Virus record (IMG/VR): IMGVR_UViG_2541047851_000005
Strand: one strand, 5' to 3'
From: a virus
Lineage: Duplodnaviria; Heunggongvirae; Uroviricota; Caudoviricetes
DNA: 40,984 bases
Position 1 is the first letter of the stretch, and each line of letters starts with the position of its first letter. The notes below the pieces were generated by a model that was not told the origin of the DNA, made no database searches, and was given only the letters and a program-made list of their open reading frames with translations. Positions 30,166 to 39,286 of this stretch are shown here, one piece after another. The position numbers were made by a program, and so were the translations under genes.

Positions 30166-30465
30166 TTAATATCCGCTGTATACAATGCTGGATACAGCTC
30201 GATTGCTTAATTCCATCTTTCGGGCAATGACATGAATATCCAGCCCTTCTTTATAAAGTTCACGACATAAATATTTGTCGTGTTCACTGATTCGGTATAC
30301 ACACAATGATATTCCGTGTCTTCTGGCATGTGCCCGGAGGGCGGTTGTGGCGACTTTCAGTTTTTCCGCCATTTCTTCAACGGTCATTTTTCCAACGTTG
30401 GCTTCGATAAATTCCCGGTCTTCGCGTGACCAGCGCTTACGATTACACTTCATGTCAGCTACCAT
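30166..30465 (-). CDS. Early-region hypothetical protein
   Basis: 99-aa ORF; possible HTH-like segment. Confidence 0.45.
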   Translation of the reverse strand: MVADMKCNRKRWSREDREFIEANVGKMTVEEMAEKLKVATTALRAHARRHGISLCVYRISEHDKYLCRELYKEGLDIHVIARKMELSNRAVSSIVYSGY

Positions 30466-30909
30466 TCAGTACAACAGAGGCTCGCGCAGTGATGCCGGAA
30501 TATGCCGTAGCGATAACTGAACCGCTTTCAGGGCAAGCGAGGAATAACAGCAGCGCGCCCAGCCTTTTGCCATTAACCGGTAATCGCGCCAGATACGCTG
30601 CCACATTTCACGGGCTTTAGGGTCTGATGCGCAGATGTATTCCCGGTCCATGACGTACTCCCATAAATCCACGTTGAACGCACCGCCAAATGCAATGGCG
30701 CGGGATATGCTTTCGCCGCAATAACGCGCACAGATGCTGTAATGGTCGAAAGCAATCAGGTAAGTCTTTTCACCACAACCATCAACTTTCCGGGCGCAAA
30801 TAAACTCGCGTAATTCACCACCGTTGTTATTGCGTTCCTGAATTCGGATTAATGCCTGAATTTCATTTCGGATTTTGACGTTCATTGTCAGCGTTCCTTT
30901 CAGTGGCAT
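30466..30909 (-). CDS. Early-region hypothetical protein
   Basis: 147-aa ORF; start may be internal (MNVKIRNE). Confidence 0.45.
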   Translation of the reverse strand: MPLKGTLTMNVKIRNEIQALIRIQERNNNGGELREFICARKVDGCGEKTYLIAFDHYSICARYCGESISRAIAFGGAFNVDLWEYVMDREYICASDPKAREMWQRIWRDYRLMAKGWARCCYSSLALKAVQLSLRHIPASLREPLLY

Positions 30910-31163
30910 GTTTTTTCAACAGCCATTTCAGTGACACGGCCACCGGTGATGACACCATCGTTTTTCAAAATCTCAATAGCTTCATGGGCTGACTCATTAA
31001 TTATTTTCTGGCTTTTATTAAGCACCAGTAACGCCACCATGCCAGCAAGTGTACCCTCATCACCGTCCAGTTCCGCACTACCGTCCACCGCAATGCTGGT
31101 GAGCAAATTCCGTCCTTTAATTCCAGATACTGTATTTTTAATTTCAATAATTACTTTTGCCAT
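30900..31163 (-). CDS. Early-region hypothetical protein
   Basis: 87-aa ORF. Confidence 0.45.
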   Translation of the reverse strand: MAKVIIEIKNTVSGIKGRNLLTSIAVDGSAELDGDEGTLAGMVALLVLNKSQKIINESAHEAIEILKNDGVITGGRVTEMAVEKTCH

Positions 31164-31174
31164 TTTATTTCACC

Positions 31175-31429
31175 TTATTGATTCTGAATAACCGCGCTGG
31201 CTTTTACCTTCGCGCCTTTTACCTGCTTAAAGAAAACCGCGCTGCACCACGGACAACATGTCAGGGAATCCCGAATTTCCTTTTCGGGTGAGCATTGCGT
31301 CATAATCTGTTCGCCACATCCGGGGCATTTATATGTCGTCAGCGGCACCCCGTGGCACTGACAGTGTTTAACCCATTCAATATATTTTTCAGCTTTAATA
31401 CACATCGTTATCTCCAGATAATCTGGCAA
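31175..31429 (-). CDS. Small zinc-ribbon protein
   Basis: 84-aa ORF with CxxC...CxxC...CCPWC. Confidence 0.5.
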   Translation of the reverse strand: MPDYLEITMCIKAEKYIEWVKHCQCHGVPLTTYKCPGCGEQIMTQCSPEKEIRDSLTCCPWCSAVFFKQVKGAKVKASAVIQNQ

Positions 31430-31635
31430 CCATTAAGACGGGCCGTCCATACAGAACGGGCCACCCCGGACTTATGCTCCATAATTCTGACCGCGCTTTT
31501 TACCAGTTCCACCGGTGGGTAAGTGATTTCAAGAATCGGACGCGCCACGCCGAGATATGATTCATTTACATGACTCCCGCGCGCCTGTAACCAGTTCTGC
31601 GCATCCGTTGCCATTTTTATATTTCGGGCCATCAT
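31408..31635 (-). CDS. kil: Kil-like host-killing protein
   Basis: 75-aa ORF immediately downstream of B, where Mu kil lies; assignment by position and size. Confidence 0.45.
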   Translation of the reverse strand: MMARNIKMATDAQNWLQARGSHVNESYLGVARPILEITYPPVELVKSAVRIMEHKSGVARSVWTARLNGCQIIWR

Positions 31636-31650
31636 AATTTCTTCTCCTTC

Positions 31651-32589
31651 TTAATTACGCAGCAGCGTTGAAATATCAACGTCCAGGTCTAATTCACGGA
31701 AAGCCTGACGCAGATAATCTTCGTTAACACGCTCACCTTTACCGTGAGCCGTCATGGCGGCAAGGCGAAGTGAATGATTCAGAATGCGAAGCGCACCTGG
31801 TTTCTGCGCAATCTGCTGTAATAACTCCAGTTCATTTTCGCCGTTAATCTGCCAGGCATCCGCAATAGCTTTTACATCGGCTTTTTTGGTTTTATTAATT
31901 GCAGTGCGCTTTGCAATACGGGAAAACAGACGGGCAAATTCAACCGTTCTGTTACCCCCCGTCATATTTGAATAAACCCGGTGATTTCCCATCAGCACAA
32001 GGCCAGTGCGGGTTGATTCCTGTAACAGGCGGAGTTCTTCCAGAACTTCGGCACCAAGATGATCAGCTTCGTCGATGATAACCAGCCCCTGTGTACCTTC
32101 AAGGCGACGTCGCAGGGCACGGGAGAGTGGCCCTTTACGGCGTGGTGCGTCATTCATTCCCAGCTCAAACGCCAGTTCAGTAAGACATTCCAGAACGCTG
32201 GCACAGGATGGCGTAATGGTGATCATCCAGACATTGTTATTGGTGCGGCGATATTCACGGGCCGCTTCGGTTTTGCCCACACCAGGATTGCCACATACAA
32301 CAGCAATACTTTCAGTCAGGCTGGCAAAACGCATACTTGTCCAGATTTGTTTTACCGTCTGCGTTTCCACAAAGCGGGGCGGTTCAGGTAGTTCTGCCAC
32401 TGCATGATATTTTTCCAGCCAGCGTTGCAGCATTTGTGAAACACGCTCGTTATCCCCGTTGTACTTATCATTGATAAAACTACTGATAGTTCCGGTAGAA
32501 AGTCCGCTCTCAAGAGCAATTTGTTTAAAGGTGGTTTCTTCATTTTCTACAAGCGTGCGCAGTCCTGCGCGAATATCGGAAATATTCAT
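31651..32589 (-). CDS. B: Transposition ATPase MuB
   Basis: 312-aa ORF with Walker A GNPGVGKT and Walker B IIDEAD; directly downstream of the transposase. Confidence 0.95.
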   Translation of the reverse strand: MNISDIRAGLRTLVENEETTFKQIALESGLSTGTISSFINDKYNGDNERVSQMLQRWLEKYHAVAELPEPPRFVETQTVKQIWTSMRFASLTESIAVVCGNPGVGKTEAAREYRRTNNNVWMITITPSCASVLECLTELAFELGMNDAPRRKGPLSRALRRRLEGTQGLVIIDEADHLGAEVLEELRLLQESTRTGLVLMGNHRVYSNMTGGNRTVEFARLFSRIAKRTAINKTKKADVKAIADAWQINGENELELLQQIAQKPGALRILNHSLRLAAMTAHGKGERVNEDYLRQAFRELDLDVDISTLLRN

Positions 32590-32627
32590 CTGAATAACCT
32601 CGTAATTAAATTTTATTTAAACGTTAA

Positions 32628-34634
32628 TTAAATGGCTTTTTTACGTCTGTTCTGTTCCAGAATATCCAGCGAATGATTCAGATATTCATCACGCTCAGTT
32701 TCGTATTCATCATCACGCTCCTGATTCTTCACCCGTTCCGTATTACCGGAAGGCCGGAAAATACCAACAATTCGTGATTCTGGTGCTGCTGGTTCGGCTA
32801 TCTGCGGCAGCAGTTCAGCAACTTCCAGCGCGTCCATTTGTTTCTGCGCCTTAATGGCTGCTTTAGTTGCAGATTTCAGTTGTTTCTGGCGGCGGCGATA
32901 TTCACGGCCTGCCGCAGCATCATTAAACGCAACAGGTGCCAGACATTCCGCTTCACAAATAAACCGACCGTCCAGGGTGTAGCAATAAACCGTGCTGTGT
33001 AACTGCTGCGGATCAAATCTGACCACAACTTTTTTCACTCCGGCATTCATTAACGCCATGTTGTAATAAACGTTTTTCGCGCCTTTAAGGGAGCCGCCAA
33101 CTTTAAGCGCGAACTCGCCTTTACGTGAAACGTTCACCGCCTCGGCAGGCAGCAACAGCATCCGTTTTTGCTCTTCGGTAGGCTTACGCACAATCGTTCT
33201 GGCGTATTCACGCTCGAAAACATCATCAAACGAGAGTTTGCCCCCGCACATTTCTGTTTCACGGCCTGTTCTGGCATTAAACATCGCCACACCTTCGGCA
33301 AGGGTTTTCAGAAACAGCTCTGCATCAACAGCGCGGTCGCCATAGTTATCAGGTTTTGCCTGCGGATTAGGCCCCGTATATGCGCCAGCCAGTGCCGGAT
33401 GCTTATCAACGTATTCCTCAAGCCCACCAACACCGAAAGCACGTTCAACAGGTTTTGCCTGGCCCCAGCCTTTACCGGCAACAACGCTTGTCCAGTGCAT
33501 TTTCGCCCCCATCAGTAAAAACAGTCCTTTTGGATCGTCCTCTTTTACCTTAAAGCGGTAGCGATTGGGCGCGCCTCCCGTCAGCCATTTATTCGCAGCA
33601 CCACGGGTGTTATCAATGGTGATGTGAAAATCCTCCGGGATACCGTAGCGAGTCACAACATCCATGAACGAGAGGCGAATTGAATCAATGTTCTCGCTCA
33701 CATCGCAGCGCCAGCCCAGAATTTTTCGGGTTTTCACATCCTGCCAGAACCATGTTTTCGGGCGGATCACATCACCGTTAAACCAGCGTACAAAGACGTT
33801 ATGCAGATAACCGTCGCCGTTGATCCACTGCATGGCGTCCAGGTGTTCCACAGTTCGTTGTTGTGCCGGTATCAGATGCATCAGTGCATGTTCACCTTCA
33901 CGGCAGGCAACAACCATTGCCTCGTCCAGTTGCTGAATCCGGCGAAAGGCCGTGGCACGGGAGGGAATACTCCAGCCATGCTCGCGGGCTGCCAGTTCCA
34001 GACGCTCATAACATTTGCGGAAGGCGGGTTTTTCCGGTCGCAGATAATCTGCAATCAGAAACTGCCAGGCATCCTCGTCAAATTCACTTTTGTGAACATT
34101 GCGACGGGATGCACCACGTCCATCAACAAGTGCAGCCGCCCAGTCAGGCTTCGCAAACTTCTGTACCTGGTAATACTTGTCCCGCAAAGTGGATGCGCTG
34201 ACCTGGTAATGCCCTGCAACGGTCGCAAAAGCCGTTTTTGTTGAAATCCCCTGGTTCAGCATTTCGTCTGCGGCCTGAACCGCAGGCAACCATTTTTCAG
34301 CAAGTCTGCGCTGGGAATCGCTGGCGTTATCCCATTTGCTCCACAGTGCCTCACGATCATAATCATGGGCTTCCAGCGTGGGGCGGGCGATTTCAAAACG
34401 GCCCTGGCTTGTTTCGATCTCTCCTTGTCTAAGCAACAACGCAGCTTGCGTTTCCTTTGGTAAAGATGAGATATGAAACTCATAGGCTACTCCTCTTACC
34501 CCGTGTATCTGTCGAAACACCCACTGTTCTAACCTTGCTTTACGAGAGATCGCGCTAGAGGATTTTGGAAGACCTATCAGCCCTTCTAATTTCTTTGCAG
34601 AAAACCAATCATTACATTGTGGTTGCATTTTCAA
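32628..34634 (-). CDS. A: DDE transposase MuA (D108-type N-terminal domain)
   Basis: 668-aa ORF; most of the protein matches recalled MuA, but the first ~65 aa ([24 protein letters not shown]...) differ from Mu. Confidence 0.95.
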   Translation of the reverse strand: MKMQPQCNDWFSAKKLEGLIGLPKSSSAISRKARLEQWVFRQIHGVRGVAYEFHISSLPKETQAALLLRQGEIETSQGRFEIARPTLEAHDYDREALWSKWDNASDSQRRLAEKWLPAVQAADEMLNQGISTKTAFATVAGHYQVSASTLRDKYYQVQKFAKPDWAAALVDGRGASRRNVHKSEFDEDAWQFLIADYLRPEKPAFRKCYERLELAAREHGWSIPSRATAFRRIQQLDEAMVVACREGEHALMHLIPAQQRTVEHLDAMQWINGDGYLHNVFVRWFNGDVIRPKTWFWQDVKTRKILGWRCDVSENIDSIRLSFMDVVTRYGIPEDFHITIDNTRGAANKWLTGGAPNRYRFKVKEDDPKGLFLLMGAKMHWTSVVAGKGWGQAKPVERAFGVGGLEEYVDKHPALAGAYTGPNPQAKPDNYGDRAVDAELFLKTLAEGVAMFNARTGRETEMCGGKLSFDDVFEREYARTIVRKPTEEQKRMLLLPAEAVNVSRKGEFALKVGGSLKGAKNVYYNMALMNAGVKKVVVRFDPQQLHSTVYCYTLDGRFICEAECLAPVAFNDAAAGREYRRRQKQLKSATKAAIKAQKQMDALEVAELLPQIAEPAAPESRIVGIFRPSGNTERVKNQERDDEYETERDEYLNHSLDILEQNRRKKAI

Positions 34635-34849
34635 TACCTCGAAGGCCAGATGTCTCGTGGCTCAACTCCCAATGCATCGGCAATGATTCTTTCCCCCCGA
34701 GGGTAAGGTTTATCCAAGGCATTTTTTACCGTAGAGATAGAGAGACCGTTCTCACGACCAAGAGCTGCTAGGCTTTTTCCTCTTTTGCGCAGATCAGCAA
34801 CAATGTCGTATCTACTTTTGTCTTCACATTTACTTTTCTTTATCGCCAT
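34631..34849 (-). CDS. ner: Ner-like DNA-binding regulator
   Basis: ORF 34631..34858 (TTG); probable ATG start at 34847-49 (MAIKKSK...), ~72 aa; C-terminus ...IWPSRY as in Ner; overlaps the A start. Confidence 0.8.
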   Translation of the reverse strand: MAIKKSKCEDKSRYDIVADLRKRGKSLAALGRENGLSISTVKNALDKPYPRGERIIADALGVEPRDIWPSRY

Positions 34850-34878
34850 AAAATGCAATCCTCACAAGCTACGCCATC

Positions 34879-34901
34879 AGCTACGCCGCAAGGTAGCTGA
34901 T
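34879..34901. promoter_or_regulatory. Putative Ner operator: inverted repeat TCAGCTAC-N8-GTAGCTGA with an extra AGCTAC direct repeat upstream
   Basis: Seen directly 30-50 bp upstream of the ner start; resembles the inverted-repeat operator type I recall for D108 Ner. Confidence 0.45.
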
Positions 34902-34926
34902 AAGGTATGCAGCAATGCTAGTGTGA

Positions 34927-35676
34927 AAAGAGGGACTGACCGGCGAAGGCGCTGCACGGCAGAATGCCATCAATGCTTCGGTTGCACAGGGCCTTGAGGC
35001 GTCCCTGCGCTGGCTGACGGAGCTGACAACGTCACTTGCCACCACAAACTACGCGATTACCCGGGTAAACGACAGGGTCAGTTCACTGGTCAGTGATACT
35101 GCCAGGCTGGCGCATTATTCCGCAGATACACGGGAGCAGTTACTCATCCTGGCCGATCAGGTTCACCATAAACTGAATCATCTTGAAGAAAAACTCCACC
35201 GTGTTGACCAGGTTCAGCGGGCGCAGTTACATCTTGAGCAGATATTCTCATGGTGGAGCGCCGGGCGATATGCGTCATTTTCCCCTGCCGGACGTTGTTA
35301 TGTGGCGCTTGAAGAGCTTCGCTGGGGCGCGTTTGGTGATGTGATACGTCAGGGCGAAACAGGCCAGGTTAACCAGCTACTGGATATTCTCAGACATAAA
35401 GCATTAACGCAGATGGCACAGGAGAGTGGCGGTAGTGCAACCGTGCGTCTGAACACTCTGGACTGGCTTGGTGGTCAGGGCCGGGAGCAGGCAGATAACG
35501 AGTGGCATGACGCGATTAACTGGCTGGGAGACTGGTGCAGTGAAGAGCAGCATCCGGTGATCTGGTCAACCACGCAGGCTGCAGAACACTTACCGGTTCG
35601 CATGCCTCGCCTCTGCTCTGCAGAACGCCTCTCTGAAAGTATGGTCGATGAAATATTTCAGAAGGGGGCTGCATGA
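34927..35676 (+). pseudogene. 5'-truncated ORF (about 250 codons, no start codon) translationally coupled to patatin gene; unknown function
   Basis: Frame open from TGA at 34924-26 to stop at 35674-76 with no ATG/GTG/TTG before GTG 35302; stop overlaps the patatin ATG (ATGA). Coiled-coil-like and Trp-rich C-terminus. Confidence 0.55.
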
Positions 35677-36743
35677 GTACAGAAATGAAAACGGGGCTGG
35701 TGCTGTCCGGTGGCGGGGCGGTGGGCGCTTATCAGGCGGGAGTGGTTAAGGCACTGGCAGAGTGTGGTACACAGATCAGCATGGTTTCAGGGGCCAGCAT
35801 TGGCGCATTCAATGGTGCCATTATCGCGGCCTCTCCCGATCTGTCAGAAGCTGCCGTACGCCTGGAGGCGCTCTGGGATCATCTGGGGAATAATCAGGTG
35901 CTGTCGGTAAACCGATTGGTTTACTTTTCATTGCTGAAAAAATTGTTCCAGGCAATGAACCTCTGCCAGATCCCCGGACGTGCAGGAGCACTGCTTACGA
36001 CGCTTCTTCGCCATATATCGATACTCAACGGGTTTGACAATCTGATGGCTCAGCCGTTGTTGTCAGATGAGCCCCTGACAGCGCTGTTGGATCATTATCT
36101 TGATACTGATGCTCTGGCAGACGGGCTACCGCTGTATGTGTCGCTGTACCCCACAGAAGGGGGCATGCAGGATATTATTGACTGCATTCGTGCTGAACTG
36201 GGTGCCGGAACCACGAAAAACGCCGTTTTTCAGCATATCCAGAGCCTGCCCCGCGGACAGCAGAAAGAGGCTCTGCTTGCGTCAGCCGCGCTGCCCCTGC
36301 TGTTCCGTCCCCGTGAGGTTCAGGGGACAATGTTCGGTGATGGTGGTATGGGAGGATGGCGAAATATGCAGGGAAATACCCCTGTGACGCCTCTGGTCGA
36401 TGCCGGATGCAATATGGTGATTGTGACGCATCTGAGTGACGGTTCTTTATGGGATCGCCAGGCTTTTCCGGACACCACAATCCTTGAGATCCGTCCCCGG
36501 AAAAGGCTGAAATATGCAGGTGATGGTGACAACAGCGGCGGTCTGCTCAGTTTCACGTTGGCACATACCGACGCCTGGCGTCAGCAGGGCTATGAAGACA
36601 CGATGCTGACGATGGAGCATATCCGGAAACCGCTGGCAGCACGTCAGGTACTGTCCCGGTCAGAAACGGTGTTGCAGAAAAGTCTGGAGATAACGGAAGA
36701 GGCAGATTTGGCACTGAGAAACGCGATGGCCCGGATTAAATAA
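35673..36743 (+). CDS. Patatin-like phospholipase
   Basis: 356-aa ORF with oxyanion-hole SGGGAVGAY, nucleophile motif GASIG (GxSxG) and catalytic Asp motif DGG (MFGDGGMGG); AGGGGG Shine-Dalgarno upstream. Confidence 0.9.
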   Translation: MSTEMKTGLVLSGGGAVGAYQAGVVKALAECGTQISMVSGASIGAFNGAIIAASPDLSEAAVRLEALWDHLGNNQVLSVNRLVYFSLLKKLFQAMNLCQIPGRAGALLTTLLRHISILNGFDNLMAQPLLSDEPLTALLDHYLDTDALADGLPLYVSLYPTEGGMQDIIDCIRAELGAGTTKNAVFQHIQSLPRGQQKEALLASAALPLLFRPREVQGTMFGDGGMGGWRNMQGNTPVTPLVDAGCNMVIVTHLSDGSLWDRQAFPDTTILEIRPRKRLKYAGDGDNSGGLLSFTLAHTDAWRQQGYEDTMLTMEHIRKPLAARQVLSRSETVLQKSLEITEEADLALRNAMARIK

Positions 36744-36757
36744 AGACGCCCCAAAGA

Positions 36758-36786
36758 AACGCCACCGCCTGTGGTGGTGTTTTTCC
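36758..36786 (+). terminator. Possible weak intrinsic terminator after patatin gene
   Basis: CCACC-gcctgt-GGTGG stem followed by TGTTTTT. Confidence 0.35.
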
Positions 36787-37073
36787 TGGCTGGTGTTATT
36801 GAAAATATTTTCAGATATATATTACCTGAGAGAAAGTTTTACCCCTCACCTGTCAATTCACTCACTGGAAATTTAATTATGCAATTACCTGTAAAGTTAT
36901 TAATGAGCCTTATATCTCTGGTCAGCGTTATTGCACGTGCCGGGAAATATAAAAATTACATCCGGGATGAAATAAAATACTGGCGATATACATCATACAA
37001 GGGGGGGGAATTTCCGGAAGGTTTCACTGATGAGAAATTTTCCAGCGCCATTTACAACGGAAGAATATTTACA

Positions 37074-37556
37074 ATGAAACGTTTACATACCCTGATGTTA
37101 TTTCTGGCGGTTCTGTTTACTGGCTTTAACGTGGAAGCAGCGAGCGTGAAACAAGCGCTCAGCTGCGACCCAAACGCCCGGGCTGAACAACCTGGAGCGT
37201 GTCCAACAACGTACGAGTTGTACGAAGGTGACGCTGCCTACAAAGCTGCGCTTGACAAAGCATTAAAACCGGTCGGACTGAGCGGCATGTTCGGTAAAGG
37301 CGGGTATATGGATGGCCCTGGCGGAAACGTAACGCCAGTAACCATTAACGGTACAGTCTGGCTCCAGGGCGACGGTTGCAAAGCCAATACCTGCGGCTGG
37401 GACTTTATCGTAACACTCTATAACCCAAAAACCCATGAAGTCGTTGGCTACCGCTACTTTGGTTTAGATGACCCGGCCTACCTGGTTTGGTTCGGCGAAA
37501 TTGGCGTGCATGAATTCGCGTATCTGGTGAAAAACTACGTAGCTGCGGTTAACTAA
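37074..37556 (+). CDS. Ivy-family (lysozyme inhibitor)-like periplasmic protein
   Basis: Start moved to internal ATG at 37074 (MKRLHTLMLFLAVLFTGFNVEAAS signal peptide). Mature part has a CKANTC loop resembling the CKPHDC loop of Ivy. Upstream 300 bp is AT-rich and non-coding-like. Confidence 0.5.
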   Translation: MKRLHTLMLFLAVLFTGFNVEAASVKQALSCDPNARAEQPGACPTTYELYEGDAAYKAALDKALKPVGLSGMFGKGGYMDGPGGNVTPVTINGTVWLQGDGCKANTCGWDFIVTLYNPKTHEVVGYRYFGLDDPAYLVWFGEIGVHEFAYLVKNYVAAVN

Positions 37557-37571
37557 TTTAAGGAGTCTGTC

Positions 37572-37982
37572 ATGAAAACTTTTATCAAAACTTTACTCGT
37601 TGCTGTAACTATTCTGTTCTCTGTCTTCGCTACGGCGAAACAAGTAAAACTGCCAAACAACATCAAATACGTTAATACTACAGAGGCGTTTTCCTGTACT
37701 GAGATTGACGGTATGAATTGCCAGACGAAGAATCCGTTTAACTATAAAGATAACAGCTATGTTTTCGTGCTTGAACGTGGTGGTGCCTGGTGTTACGACT
37801 ACACTGTCTCGGTACTTAACCTGAAAACCGGGAAAGCACAGATGCTCGAATACAAAGACAACCAGCTGTGCTCAGGTAGCAACAAACCGTTCTTCGAAAT
37901 CAAAAATGGCGTACCGACGGTAGGAGTCATCGACACATCCGGAAAACCTGTCGTTGTGGCTCTGGACAAACTTAAAACCTGA
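37572..37982 (+). CDS. Small secreted Cys-containing protein, unknown function
   Basis: 136-aa ORF with signal peptide MKTFIKTLLVAVTILFSVFATA; GGAG Shine-Dalgarno; 16 nt after the Ivy-like gene. Confidence 0.6.
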   Translation: MKTFIKTLLVAVTILFSVFATAKQVKLPNNIKYVNTTEAFSCTEIDGMNCQTKNPFNYKDNSYVFVLERGGAWCYDYTVSVLNLKTGKAQMLEYKDNQLCSGSNKPFFEIKNGVPTVGVIDTSGKPVVVALDKLKT

Positions 37983-38124
37983 GGAGTAAACCATGCGTTT
38001 CTCTGCACATTATTAATATCAAAGGTAAATACAGCCCCAGCCATTGTTGCCGGAAAGCCGCTTAATGCGTGGCTCGCCAGTGAAAGGCTTCTCAGACAAT
38101 AAACCTCATTCATTTCACCCGTCA

Positions 38125-38158
38125 GGCCGCGTCTTCTCCGGGAGACGTGGCTTTTTTC
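38125..38158 (+). terminator. Intrinsic terminator
   Basis: GCCGCGTCT...AGACGTGGC hairpin followed by TTTTTT. Confidence 0.5.
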
Positions 38159-38202
38159 ATTTATTACACCAGTAAATCTTAACCACCGATAAGGAGCAAA
38201 GT

Positions 38203-39024
38203 ATGCGATTAGCAAGTCGTTTTGGTTATGCTGCAAACCAGATACGTCGTGACCGTCCACTGACACATGAAGAGCTGATGCACCATGTGCCGGGGATTTT
38301 CGGGGAAGAGAAACACACGTCCCGAAGCCAGAACTATACGTACATCCCCACCATCACCGTACTGGAAAGCCTGCAGCGGGAAGGCTTTCAGCCATTCTTC
38401 GCCTGCCAGACCCGTGTGCGCGACCCGGGCCGCCGGGGATACACCAAACACATGCTGCGTCTGCGGCGGGCCGGAGAGATAAACGGAGAGCATGTCCCTG
38501 AAATTATTCTGCTCAACTCTCATGACGGTACCTCCAGCTACCAGATGCTGCCGGGTTACTTCAGGTTCGTCTGCCAGAACGGCTGCGTCTGTGGTCAGTC
38601 TCTGGGGGAAGTGCGTGTTCCACACCGGGGAGACGTAGTGGAGAAAGTTATTGAAGGGGCTTACGAGGTGGTGGGCGTGTTTGACCGGATAGAGGAGAAG
38701 CGTGATGCCATGCAGTCGCTGGTCCTGCCGCCACCGGCACGCCAGGCGCTGGCACAGGCGGCACTGACTTACCGTTATGGTGACGAACATCAGCCCGTCA
38801 CCACCGCCGACATTCTGACGCCACGACGCCGGGAGGATTACGGTAAGGACCTGTGGAGTGCTTATCAGACCATCCAGGAGAATATGCTGAAAGGCGGGAT
38901 TTCCGGTCGCAGTGCAAAAGGAAAACGTATCCATACCCGGGCCATTCACAGCATTGATACCGACATTAAGCTCAACCGTGCATTGTGGGTGATGGCAGAA
39001 ACGATGCTGGAGAGCCTGCGCTGA
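38203..39024 (+). CDS. YfjQ/YafZ-family protein (DUF932) of CP4-like islands
   Basis: 273-aa ORF MRLASRFGYAANQIRRDRPLT...; matches recalled YafZ/YfjQ family; AGGAG Shine-Dalgarno. Confidence 0.75.
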   Translation: MRLASRFGYAANQIRRDRPLTHEELMHHVPGIFGEEKHTSRSQNYTYIPTITVLESLQREGFQPFFACQTRVRDPGRRGYTKHMLRLRRAGEINGEHVPEIILLNSHDGTSSYQMLPGYFRFVCQNGCVCGQSLGEVRVPHRGDVVEKVIEGAYEVVGVFDRIEEKRDAMQSLVLPPPARQALAQAALTYRYGDEHQPVTTADILTPRRREDYGKDLWSAYQTIQENMLKGGISGRSAKGKRIHTRAIHSIDTDIKLNRALWVMAETMLESLR

Positions 39025-39286
39025 TGCAATCTGTCCCTGAAGGCGTGATTCAGGCACCAGAATCACCCGACGCCCCGGAGAGCTCAGTCTGTGCAGACTG
39101 AGTACAGGCAATGGCATCTGGCCATCCGTCTGTGACCGGAACGGTTACGCGTACGGCTGTCCGGAATTTCAGCCGAATATCATTCATCCCTGACATTACC
39201 GGGTCTCACGGTCAGTGATGAACGTGATGTTGTCAGCCCCCGGCCTTTACTCCCTCTCATTTATTCACATTACAAGGATTTCATAC

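Larger units (their letters stand above)
1..34925 (-). mobile_element. Mu/D108-like transposable prophage, inverted, right end beyond window start, left end (c repressor, attL) absent
   Basis: Colinear Mu gene order on minus strand: mom, com, gin, G segment, tail, head, lysis, C, mor, gam, B, A, ner. Proteins recognisably Mu-like. Right boundary inferred from where the ner operator ends and a start-less plus-strand ORF begins. Confidence 0.9.

Noticed and set aside
34927-35676. Possibility that the start-less plus-strand ORF next to ner is the phage c repressor (correct position and orientation for one)
   Set aside because: It has no start codon and no N-terminal region resembling the DNA-binding domain shared by Mu-type repressors and the MuA N-terminus, and it is translationally coupled to a patatin gene. 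More likely a truncated flanking gene.
35673-36743. Assignment of the patatin gene to CBASS (CapV-like effector)
   Set aside because: No CD-NTase-like gene is adjacent; the only partner is the unrecognised upstream ORF.
36771-37073. N-terminal 101-codon extension of the Ivy-like ORF given by the track
   Set aside because: AT-rich, no Shine-Dalgarno at 36771; the internal ATG at 37074 is followed by a canonical signal peptide, so the extension is probably untranslated promoter region.
37799-38266. Minus-strand 155-aa ORF overlapping the secreted-protein gene and the terminator
   Set aside because: Antisense to a gene with clear signal peptide and ribosome-binding site, and spans an intrinsic terminator hairpin.
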